Shown: positions 13,189-25,049 of the stretch, one piece after another
How positions within the stretch are numbered: the stretch's first letter is position 1
Layout: each line of letters starts with the position of its first letter
Source of the DNA: Rotaria sp.
Taxonomy: Eukaryota
NCBI GenBank assembly: GCA_905250055.1
Contig: CAJNOF010000042.1
Span: 403,805 to 467,804 of the forward strand
Direction of reading: 5' to 3'
Length of the DNA: 64,000 nt
Made by a program: the position numbers and the translations under genes
Notes under the pieces: generated by a model
Told to the model about the DNA's origin: nothing
What the model saw: only the letters and a program-made list of their open reading frames with translations
Database searches by the model: none

Positions 13189-15360
13189 GTTCGGTATTTT
13201 TTTTTACTAGTTAAATAACCGGTGATTATACATAAATGAGACATTCTGTTTTAGAAATTATTGTATTTGTATGTATATAGTCTATGTAGTAAAGGAAGAT
13301 CTCTAAGTGCAAGTCTCTATTATCCATCGGCTTTCTACCAGTTTATAGAATTCTATGAACTGATCACGATAACGTCAAGTGTATTGTTCTCCATAGACTA
13401 TCTTTAAGAAGTTAAATGGATCTCAAACTTCATCGATACATCTTAATTGACTGTATACATATACGCATAGTCAACATAAATAGAAGTCCCAATGAGTTCT
13501 GTACTTTTTAATATTATTAATACGGTGATTTTATGGAATTAAATAATTTATGTTTATGTTGATGTGGATAGATAATGAAGGGGTATTTAATGTTAATGTT
13601 TTTGATGCTGAGAACTAAACTAGCATAAGAGCTACAATTTACGAAATAATAGCTTACAGTCATTTTTCAGAAGTTGAGATCAAAGTAACTCCTCAAAAGA
13701 TATTCTATGGAGAAGAATGTACAATGTTATTGTGATTAGATCAGAGAACTCTACAAACTGGTATAAAGCCAAATGGCAACGGTGACTTACACCTATAAAC
13801 CTTCTTTCGTCAGTGTATTGTTGCTACAGGATGTTGAAAAAAAACAACAACAGTGTATTTGAGAATGAAACTTTGAAATGAATTATTTTTAAATGATTGA
13901 TTGTGATACTATTTTAGGTTATTTTGTTTGAATAATGTACTGATGCTCTAATTGAAGTTTTACTAAATAAAAATACATATAATCAAGCTTATGTTAAGCA
14001 TAAGCATTTAATGAATGTTACTATTTGATTTTTTCGATCTGACAAAAACTATTAAATATTTTGTTCAGACGATTACATTTATATTTTATTTATATAAAGT
14101 AACAAAATAATTACTTTGTATCGTGAATAGACGATTGTGTCTATCTCAGAAGAACTGTAAACAAAAGAATTCATCGAAGTATTGTTCACACTATTGTTAG
14201 ATTTTTTTAATTAAAATGCTAACCACATTTATTTTTGAATAACTTTCGATTATATACAACTATTAGAATCGAATTTTCATCACTAGATAGATCAATTTTG
14301 AGGACATCAAACTGTGTAATATTCATTAGATTCTAATATGTTCTTCATGCATATGTGTAGGTAAGAGAGTCATGTTTTCCCATAAAATTCCCAGATTTCA
14401 GAAAGCTTCCCTTAAAACATCAATCCAGAATAAGGATAAAAAAATCGAACAATTGTATATAAGTAATAGAACACTCTTCGTGCTATATTTTGGCTTGATT
14501 TGAGCCTAAATTTTCTACGAAAACTTGTATAAATCGGCAACGAAAAACATATCCATTTTGAAAATATTTATGAAGAATTTCTTTGAAATAGATGAATGTT
14601 AGACAAATAGGCATCTCTAAAATTGCTTCATTTAATGACGAATACTCAACCTAAATAGCTATGAACGATCGAAAACTATTCAAAAAATGGTGATTGATAT
14701 TTTAATAAAAATTTGACAATAGAGTTATACTACGATTAATAATTTTCAAATAGCAAAACAATCAATGTAGATGAAAAAATTTCTTGTATTAAAAACAAAC
14801 TATTTAACATCTACAAAAACAAATGCACAGATGTTTTGTGCCGGTGTACTTCTATAGTGACTTATTTTCATTATTTTTATGTATTTTTGTTGATATTTTA
14901 CGTACGTTTTTTCATCTTCTATATACAGAAGATACATAAATATAAGAGATATATCTCTATATGTCATATATTTGAATTGGAATAAGTTTCCAGAAAATCT
15001 ATAAAAGTCTAAAAAGACAGATAATGAGTTTTGTTATACTAATCATTCATTATCGCATGTATTAATTTGATCATCGTATTAGAGGCTGAAGCGAATAAAA
15101 AAATCTCCATTCGAGTTTGATTCGATTCTGTTCAGGCGATTACTGTCCGAATGGAAAGTAGTCGAAAAAATATGATTAAAAGCTGATTTACAACAAAAAA
15201 TAGATAGATGTCATTTGACACTCGGTATTTTATTAAAAGCAACGCATGTTGCTTTAATATACGCATATGATTACTGAATATTAAAAGATTCACTCAAGTA
15301 AACGGTGTTTAAATTGAATTATACATCTGTGATATACTATTAACTTTCCGCATCTAAAAT

Positions 15361-15840
15361 TGCCTATTGTATATAAACTGCTATTGGGTATGGCCAGCTA
15401 ACTCTGCTACCGGAGTGAAATTCCGTAACGTTTTTCGCTTATTTTGTTTTCTCGATAAATATCAGGCAGTAGCACATGAAGAGTTGCGAGACGTCTTAAA
15501 TTAAAGAGACAAGTCTTGTACATATTTTAAGATATTTTTCGCTTTTGGAACATTTGTCGTTTCCAAGATATAACAAAAGAATTGAACACCACTTTTGAAA
15601 AAGTAATAATTTTCAGAATTGAAAAGTAGTTATCAGTTTTTTAATTATATTTTGGAAACGACAAACGTTCCAAAAGCGAAAAATATCTTAGAATATGTAC
15701 AAGACTTTTCTCTTTAATTTAAGACGTCTCGCAACTCTTTACGTGCTACTGCCTGATATTTATTGAGGAAACAAAATAAGCGAAAAACGTTACGGAATTT
15801 CACTCCGGTAGCAGAGTTAGCTGGCCATACCCTATTGTTT
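15361..15840. repeat. Near-perfect long inverted repeat (foldback element), arms ~200 bp, loop ~40 bp
   Basis: 15375-15600 (ctattgggtatggccagctaactctgctaccggagtgaaattccgtaacgtttttcgcttattttgttt...) reappears as its reverse complement at about 15640-15838 (...aaacaaaataagcgaaaaacgttacggaatttcactccggtagcagagttagctggccataccctattg). The arms are nearly identical along their whole length and carry no ORF. Confidence 0.65.
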
Positions 15841-17359
15841 TCTTTTGCATATATGCCATGAAATATTAATGTATTAATTTAATCAGTGCCGATTTCATCA
15901 CGAAACATAAGAATTCAAACTTGTTTAAGAAAACCTTTTATGCCTTGTTATGAAAGTTTTCAGTGGTTTTTGTCATGAATATTTCATAAGGACCAACTTT
16001 TATATCCATGTTTCTCGTTTTATCGTGCTTAATTGTTACTGAAGTGCTCCTTCAATACTGCGAGTTGCAGATGATTATTAAAAAAATACTTAAAAAAATT
16101 GATGATTATGCTACTTTTTTTTTCTACTGAATGATAGATGATCCACATATTTTTGTTCTTCATCAAGCTGTAATGAAATATTTTTCAACTTCGTTCTTTT
16201 CTACCGTTCCTATGATTTTTCTTGCGGATCGATTATGTGCTTTAGAGAATGAAGCGGATATAGACATCTTCATTTGATTTGATTCGATTTTGGTCTTTGC
16301 ATTATAGTGACTCATCATCTATTTTATTGAGTGTCATATATGTAAATTGTGTATTGTATGGACTTTTTTTAACGATGTTGTTCTCTCCTTCTTTCATATA
16401 GCTTTGATAGCAACTTCGATTAAATTAAATAAAAATGATAAAACAAGTGATGTACTTGAAGTTGATCTTGGCGAAAATAATGATTTTTGTATTTCGATAG
16501 TCAATCGAATATTTTCGAGAACAATTCGACTCAAGTGAATGAATGCAACATCGAGTCCGATTAGATCTGATCATATCTGAATAGTCGACAAAATTCGATG
16601 AGAATTCAGACGGCTAAATCACTAATGAATTCGATGGCCGGGTTAGGATCGCATTCCTATAGAATCATACCAATCATTTTCAATTTTCGACCAGTCTTGT
16701 TTGTTCTGATTAGGGGTGTGCCATTAGAACTCTACAAGAATACATTCAATCAGACGCTATTTAACAGGACAGCGTTTTTTGTTTTATCCTGTCGTACGCT
16801 CATGGAAGATTTTATAAATTGTGTTTGTTTATGAACAAGATTATTAGTTGAATAAAATGAAAAGATCTTTTTCAAATTTAATATTTGTAAGCAAGTCATA
16901 TCATTTCTAAATACTGATACTATTCAACTAGACACATCTGAAAAACCCTCCGTTTCAGAAATTTTTACCAAATAGTTCTTTTTCCTACTGAGCAAGTAGA
17001 GCTTGCTTAAAAAAATCTTCACTCTCTTATAATCGTATCGATAGAACATCGGCACCATCACCCTGGATGTATTGAAGAGAAGACCTACACTCACTTACTG
17101 TCTCAACGATTGTCATACTGTAAAATACTTTTAGACAGTTTTAGGTATCGACATGAATAAACATATCCTATTAGAGTTTCAAAATTTTCCACTACTTTCT
17201 TAAAAATAATTCCGTTCTCAAGACATTAAGTCGCATTAAAGAAAATAGTTGACCCCTAGTTGTGACAGTACGGCATCGAAACGTCAAAACATTAGCTCAT
17301 ATTTTTCATTGATATATTACTGATGGTTTATCATAGGTGAAGAATCTGAACACGACGTC

Positions 17360-17446
17360 AGATTTTTGATTTTTTTGAATATTTTCTTTATGAATCGTTG
17401 ATTAATTTAGGTATCTTTCATAGCACTTGACGTCGTATACATTCAA
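17360..17446. promoter_or_regulatory. Two CRE-like palindromes (TGACGTCA / TGACGTCG) ~80 bp apart, ~520-600 bp upstream of the DGK start codon
   Basis: cacgacgtcagatt at about 17360-17373 and acttgacgtcgtat at about 17433-17446. Each has the palindromic ACGT core of cAMP-response/bZIP sites. Purely motif-based. Confidence 0.15.
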
Positions 17447-17959
17447 AATTGTAGAACTCGAAGATTTAGTTCGAATGAAAAACTAACTTTTTCAATAGCT
17501 ATATTTACTTCCAATATTGTACTGTTCAACTGTTGGATATAATAGTTGCAATCGTTCCTCATATTTTCTATAGAAATTGACCAGAGAACTATCATAGACG
17601 AATAATCTGAAGTCTATATCAGGTTTCAATTTTTTTAAATATTTCATAATATGAATTACCAAACAGTTTTTTTTATGATATTCAGATAAAAAGATTACTA
17701 TACGATGTATTCTCATTTACATGTAACAAGATGCCTAATGCATCGACTAGAGTCGAGCTGATCATGATTATCGATTAGTTCTTAAATTCTGAACACATTG
17801 TTATATGATCTAAAGAGTTAAGCAAATTATGCTGGTCTTTTTTTCTAGCATGTTTTATTTCGAATCTATTTGTTTGATTCTAGATTTTTTGTCTAAGTTT
17901 CACAGACATATCATCTGTTTCTATTTCTCCAGAAGACTGTTTAATATCTGTGATCAATT

Positions 17960-20901
17960 ATGACTACATTACCATCTGCTGCGTCAACCGATTCGACTTT
18001 GCCCATCGATGACAATAGTGAATTGGGTGATTTTCATACTGTAATGAAAGAAAATCCGTCGACTAATATTAATCAATACAATCGAGAACCAACTTCTTGC
18101 TCACTTGAACATGATCTACATCGATTAGACTTAAGCGATAGTCCAAAAGTAGTAGAAAATATAAAAGTGAAACGATCGAATTCTTTACCGACGATTTTGT
18201 TTGATCCGATCGATAGATCTTTATCGCCATTCAACCATCAGAGATTACCTGTAAACTATATAAATGATGATCATGGTGTAAAATTTTATTTGTTTCCATC
18301 ATCGACCCATAATGTGGTAGCTGGTCAACCATCACCTCTTTGTGATCAATGCTTGCCGAGAGAAGATAAGCAACCAATCGAATCTCAGTCACTCATCGTC
18401 TTGAATCAGATAAAGTATTTACGGAGCGCCTTATGAGAAAAGAACAACAGGTTGCTTGTTTTTTGTTTTTCAGAGTTTCCCAACCACTTCTGACTACTAA
18501 ATCAGTGGGAACGTTCTCTGGATCCTGTAGCAAAGCTTCCATCTCATATGGAGTCGATTGGAGCGAACGTGCTCATCCCACATCTCACTGTTGGTTTCCC
18601 TTCATATGCAAGGATCCATCGACGGATCAATTATGTGCCCACGTATCTTGTATAGGTGTAAAACCAAGCTATCAATCTGAATTTGTACAATGTGGATCAT
18701 GTGATTTGGTTGCACATTCGTATCACTTGAAAGATTCACGGGTAATCGAAGCCAATTTTCTTCCACCCTGTCGTCCGTCCTTTGTCGACAACACAACACT
18801 TGGAAATTCACTTCCCGAGAGCGAAAATAATCCATCGAAATACGATGAACATTTTTGGTCTCATGTGAGCGTACTTCCGAAACCGTGCATGTACTGCCAA
18901 CAGATATCAACGACAAAAACCCTATTCAAAAGTAGAAGTGGTCGATTATTGGGAGCGTCTGCTTTAGATATCATCGGTCAGGCCACGTCGGCTATGAATT
19001 CTATATCGAGCAATTGCAGTTTAAATGTATCTGGATCTTCTGAAGGCCTCGCTTGTTTATGGTGTTTACGAAGCTATCATCGGCCGTGTTGGAAAAGTCT
19101 TGCTGATGAAGATAAAAATACTCAATGTGACTATGGAATATTTCGGTAAGTTTTTAATGATGATTATGCAGGTCAAATAAAAAGAAACCTTGCATGTTTG
19201 TAATGCCTACGAGAATGCTCGGTCATACTTCTTGTTAGATTTATCATTATCTTGACACTTTTCTACTACTGTTCATTAATGATTATTACTTAAGTTTGAT
19301 TTGATCGTAGAATCAATGGATATTGAAGCATGCTTACAAATATGCAGAGTTCGAGATATATTCAAAAGAAAATCCTTTCCGTTTTTTGAGTTCATCGAGA
19401 AATTGTTTAGAATGCTTTGATCGTTGTCTTCCTTCAACTCTAATCACTCGTTGAGATCAATATGTTGATTTTCTTCGATAGAAATATTATTGTTCGACCG
19501 CAGTGGCTCAGTCGTTCCAGCGAATCTTCAACTGATTTCAAAGCTCGTTTGTCTTTGCATGCGACTAATAGCAACTTTGAATCAAACTCTTTTCCGTATA
19601 CACCCGTTATTGTATTCATAAATAAACGTTCTGGTGGCCAACAAGGAGAAAAAATTTATCGGAAACTATTACGAAAACTCAATCCACGTCAAGTATTTCT
19701 TCTAGAAGACAATGCTACAATCACACATGCTCTTAACATCTACTCGTCGCTACCTAATATCCGTTTTTGCGTATGTGGAGGTGATGGAACCGTGGGTTGG
19801 ATTCTTGGCCGTCTAGCTGAGGCTTATCCATCGAAAAATAATCCACCAGTAAGCATTTGTCCTTTAGGAACGGGTAATGATCTTTCACGCGTATTAGCTT
19901 GGGGCGAACAATACGATTCAAAACGTCTTTTTGATATGCTCGTACAAATTCCACAAGCTAAAGTAGTTGCACTCGACCGTTGGGAAGTTCAGCTTGAACA
20001 ACTCGACGTAACAACATTGTCTTCACAGACACAAGCAAAGCAAAAGAAAGGATTTCAAATCGGTCATCCATTTCAAGTGCTAGTCAAGCATCCGAAATTT
20101 GTTCGCGAAAAAAAGCAAGTCTCCTATGAACATCATCAGAAGTTACCAAATACACACTTTATCAATTACATGAGTTTCGGTTTAGACGCAGCCATTACAC
20201 TAGATTTTCATGATAAACGCACACGTGATCCATCGAAATTTTCGTCACCATGGAAGAATAAGCTCATGTATGTAAATAGAAGTTGCAAATATTTCAGTGA
20301 TTTTGCTCAAGCAAATATGTGGAATCTTGGCTCTTATATTCGTTTGATATGCGATGGTCGTGATCTAACTAATGCTATAGGTGATTGCCATACATTAGTC
20401 GTACTTAACATTCCAGGTTATGCAGCCGGTACGAATCCGTGGGGAAAATCTTCATCGACAAACTCAGTTTTCTTCTATGGTGATCAATCGTCGATCTTTC
20501 AAAGAGATAATGATTCTGCCGATGCCAAGGTAATAAGTGCAGTTAATGTATTCGGTTCATTAGCTGCTACACGCGAAGCTATTAAATCTGTTACTTTGAA
20601 TGAAGATGATATGCATCAAATGGCTAGCTCATCGACAACAGCAATCTCAACTGTTTGTGTCGAACAACAAGATTTTGGCGATCAAAAACTCGAAATTGTT
20701 GGCTTGAATACTACACATATGGCTACAATTCATATGGGTTTTACTGGCAATCGGATCACTCAATGTAATCAATTGCGAATAGAACTGCGCAGTCCAATGA
20801 CGGCACAAATGGATGGTGAACCATTCTATCTTCCTGCTTCAGTAGCTGTCAACATTAATCATTCTGGCCAAGTACTTGTGTTAAAAAATCAGAACGAATA
20901 G
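17960..20901 (+). CDS. Diacylglycerol kinase with two C1 (phorbol-ester/DAG-type) zinc fingers + DAGK catalytic + accessory domains; 3 exons
   Basis: Exons 17960-18414, 18474-19145, 19482-20901 (introns 59 and 336 nt, GT..AG, phases 2/2). Exon 2 has two Cys/His-rich C1 fingers (HCWFPFICKD...CAHVSC...CGSCDLVAHSYH and HFWSHVSVLPKPCMYCQQ...LACLWCLRSYHRPCW). Exon 3 has the DAGKc signature PVIVFINKRSGGQQG...LNPRQVFLL...FCVCGGDGTVGWILG...PPVSICPLGTGNDLSRVLAWG and the accessory domain. No EF-hand, PH, SAM or ankyrin domain was seen, so a simple (type III/epsilon-like) architecture is the best guess. The ~150-aa N-terminal exon-1 region is unassigned. Confidence 0.85.
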
Positions 20902-21974
20902 ATAAAAATATTAACTTTTGTGCGTGGTTGCAGTGCATACACTAAATCTAGCACTATTTTCGATTGATAAAATAAAAACATGTTGAACTTTGAATGAAGT
21001 TCATCGCTGAGTATCAACGATGTCGATTGTTACTTTTTTCTCCAGAAGATTTTTTAACAATGGTCTCAACACCCTGACTGAGAAGAAAATCGGCTTGAAT
21101 AAGTCATCGCCTTTAAGGTCTTATTTCTGCTCAACATGAAGGACTTTGAGAGTAAAATACCTGTGCAATATTTCAGGCTCATAGTACAGTTTTCTTGAGC
21201 TATAGTCATTTTTGATGAACCTTTTAGTTGTAGCGAGCTATTTTGTTTCCAAGTTTTAGCAACAATAGATCTGTCTTTTGCAACTTATTAGATTTATCAA
21301 AGAAAGCAATAAATCCTTCTCTTAGCATAGACACAAGAATGAAGTCGTTTCATGAACCTAATATCTTGAGGAAGTATTTTATGGTTAATTTGATAGAAGT
21401 CGTGTCGAAAATATTGAAAATCTTTATTATATGATGATTTTTGGAATACCCTGTATTGTCAATATTTTCTTTGATCACAGTTGAACACAACAAGTCTACT
21501 TCAGTATAAATCCTATAGGAAAGAGGACAATGGGTTCTATTTTATATACAACAAACGGAAGACAGGAAACGACGTAAACCATCACAATTATTGTTGATAA
21601 TCATATCGATAGTTTCAACATTTTCGATCACAATCAAGACTAACTTCTCTGGATAATTTTTACACGCTAATGTCAAAGTTTAGCCTTCTATCGAATACAG
21701 CCATCGTTGAATTATATGAGCATATTAAATTTAAGAATAAATAAACTTTGAAAAATGTCTCGATTTTTCGATCCTCTCTCACATATTCTATTAAATGCCT
21801 AACAGATCTAAATACTGTTATTTGTACACGTTGTAGATATATGATTATACTAATAGTGAAAATGTAAAACTGTGCTAGTAATCAAACAATGAGAATGAGA
21901 TTACCAGTTACATCTATCTATGTATTCAATAGAATATTAGTTGAAACTGACAAGCACGACAAGAGTCAATAATG

Positions 21975-24900
21975 TCAAAAACGAGTAACTAGTGGTGGTG
22001 TTGGAAATGGGACTGATATTGGTGGTTTGAATTTTTCATCCAATAATTTTTTCTTTTCTTGATATTCAAGTATTGCCAATTGTTTCCAACTATCTATAAG
22101 TATTTGTGCACTGTATTCGATCTCTTCTTGATCTTTCATGGAATCGAGTAAGCCACGATGTCTACCCATGCACATAACAAGTATGATCACAACTTTGCTT
22201 GGTGAGCTGAGAACAGAGACAAGACTCGGCATTCCTTTCGCCAATCCCATTGAAAGGCCACATCCACCAAAAGCACTCATCACTTCGAATATCACACGGA
22301 GTACTGTAATAGTTGGATCATTAGGTGTCATACGAGGCGATTCAAAACTGCAAATAAGAAAGATAAAAATAAATAGCCATGCTCGAGTCGATATAAGAAG
22401 ACTGAAGAAACTGAGAATGACATGTCGACAGAAAATGATCAAAAAGAGTTTCATACGAAGTAGAGATATATGAATATTGCTTTGATTGAATTCTTCATTT
22501 CGATTTCTTATATAACCCAGATCAGCGGATACAATACTCAAACGATGTTGATTTCGTTTGTCATTCAGTTCCTCAAGAGCTGCTTCAACACGATTGAGAG
22601 AAATCGTTGAAGCAAAATATCTATTTGCTTGAGCTTTAGTAATCGAGCCTTTTCGCAAAAGATAATTTTGCATTCGATTAAATGGTAAGAAAACTTTAAA
22701 GTTGGCATTTTGGCTACCATTCGATACGTTATTTTCTAATGTTTGTTGCGTTTGCAAAAGAATCCATTCCATTTCAAAGGGCGTTTCATCAATTGCACAC
22801 AACTAAAAAGGAGAAAATGGTTATGTGTTATGTGTCGGAAAAAATTGTCGTGACACTTCGAAAGAATAAAAATGTCAATGCAACAGGGTAGTTTCAATCG
22901 TGAAAAAGAACGAAATTTTCGCCTTATTCATTAGTACTATCAGGTTAAGTTTAACCCATCTGAGTACAAAGATCTATGAAAAATGACCAACAACTATACG
23001 TTCCTCTGCTGAAGAGCGAACTTATTCGAAGCTAACAAAGAATACAATTCAATAGAAAAATATTGACAGGCAAATTAAGGGTTGTTACTAATGTCGGATT
23101 TATTTTTAACAATAACAACGATCATTTTTTATGTGTAGAATTCATTATTTTCGAATAGTTTTCAGATTGATACTATTTTCGTTACTGATTGTCATTAGTT
23201 TATAGAGCAACTTCAAGTAAAACTAAACCAAATTTAGTACAAAATCGTCCTTTTCCTATGGAAGATTATCATTTTTTTTAATAAAATTCTGTTAAAATGG
23301 TGTCAAATAGATAATAAGATCATATGAAAATTCTCTAATGATTTCGATCCGTAAAAGTTCAACTGTAATTCATAATCATATTTGACAAAAGAACAGTAAA
23401 CGTACCATTTGAGGCTTGATACCCATCAAGAGAATAAAAATAATCAAAGTTCCCGCAGAAAGTACGCTTATATCGATTGTTGCATAACCTTTCACAACAA
23501 AAACAAAAATAAGTGTACATTTTTCCACTAAAATATACTAATCACTCAGTACCTCCAAAACGAGTGTTCACTGTCTGAAGCATAAATATCATGAATCGTT
23601 GACCTTGGCTATATATCACCAATGCATCGTTATGAAAATCGTTCACCAAACACACTGCTACACCAACTGAAATAATGAAAAAAAACAATAAGTTAAACTA
23701 TTCGACAATATGATCACTGACGTATCTGTAACAAAACGGTAATAGTAACATAGAGTCGTGTTTGAACAGATGGATATATCACAGTAGATAGCCGATGATT
23801 ATTCAATAAGATATAATCAAAATAGATCTTATGTCGCCAACTGAAAATAGTAATATTTTAATTAGCTATTTTAAAATTTAATGTGAAGGAGGAATCAGTA
23901 AAAATACTTACGGTACCATATATTTGAGTAATTCGACAATTCCATGAAGAATGGCCGGAAATAAAGATGTACCAGACATGACAATAAGCATGATGATTAT
24001 GTTCATGAAGACATCCGTGACAAAACGTGACATACCGCCTTTCCTAGAAACACTTTTCTTTTATACAAAAGATCTGTCAACAAGTATAAATTTCTGACAA
24101 AAAAATTATTCAAACTCTATCACTTTTGAAACTATGTATATAGACACATAGAATAAAATATTAAATACGATACCATAGTGAAAGGCCATTTTGATTGAAA
24201 CCGGTCAGAGTGATGACAATTGAAGCATAGAACGGATCCACTGTTCTGTTGTCTTGACGTAAAAATTGTGGATCATAATGATATTTAAGCCACATACTAA
24301 TGGTAAGAAATGAGATAAGATAAATAGCGAAACAAGTCGAAAGAATGAGAATAATTAGGATGATATATGCTGTAGTACGAAGATCTTTTGGACTAGGCAG
24401 TAATCGAAGACGTTGGTCCAATATGGGATCAGTAGAATTGATTCGAACAAGTTTTGTAATTGGTAAGCTATTGTCATTGATAGTCGATGAAAGTGTTTCT
24501 TCATCAGGTGTTATTTCGCGTTTGACTCGATAAATCTTGATGAAAATAGCAGGAAGTGTACTGACCGTAATGCCTGTATGATAAACACACAGAAAAATCA
24601 TAGATGATCTGTTTTGATTAAAAGTTTCGTTTCTTTTCTATCATTTTTGTCCTATTACCTGAAATTACAGTAAAAATAAGTAATACAATTTGTGATGCTA
24701 GACTGTATGATCCAAAATCGTAAGTTTCCAATCCACATGTAAATACACATGTTGCACTCGAAAACCAACAATCGAGATAGGATACACGTTGTTGTTCAAT
24801 GTTCCAAATGATGACGCCGCACAAAAGTGTATTGCAGAAAAATACCGATAGATGTATGTAAAAATAATGTCGCATACGCCATTCATAATTATCCCAAAAT

Positions 24901-25049
24901 TTTCTCCATTTTGAACACCAAATGCCTAATGGAATGACGGCATCAGCAGTAGCATTGATCATATTGATCTCTGCTTGAACCATACTGCGTTCAGTTTCAG
25001 TCACAGATGTAACCGATGGTTTTCGATCAAAGCCGAAATTATTCATCAT
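21975..25049 (-). CDS. TRK/HKT/TrkH-family K+(Na+) transporter, ~6 exons
   Basis: Exons (minus, approximate): 25049-24659 (MMNNFGFD...RHYFYIHLSVFF...YLDCWFSSATCVFTCGLETYDFG...QIVLLIFTVISG, the first M-P-M selectivity segment and the fungal TRK HYFYI motif); 24573-24176 (...STDPILDQRLRLL...ITLTGFNQNGLSL, the second pore loop); 24043-~23912 (KGGMSRFVTDVFMNIIIMLIVMSG...); ~23666-23553 (...QGQRFMIFMLQTVNTRFGG); 23488-23406 (GYATIDISVLSAGTLIIFILLMGIKPQM); 22802-21975 (...TVLRVIFEVMSAFGGCGLSMGLAKG...VVIILVMCMGRHRGL..., the last pore loop and the GRHRG motif typical of Trk/HKT). Introns 80-600 nt, GT..AG. One junction (exon 3/4) has an unresolved phase. Confidence 0.75.

Noticed and set aside
12968-13210. 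ORFs 12968..13210 (+) and 13003..13185 (-)
   Set aside because: Out-of-frame/antisense overlaps of the APLF PBZ exon; low-complexity I/R/N-rich translations.
18602-18916. Minus ORF 18602..18916 and minus ORF 19754..19954
   Set aside because: Antisense to DGK exons that contain the C1 and DAGKc signatures.
22138-22473. Plus ORF 22138..22473 and plus ORF 24345..24533
   Set aside because: Antisense to TRK/HKT exons carrying pore-loop and GRHRG motifs.
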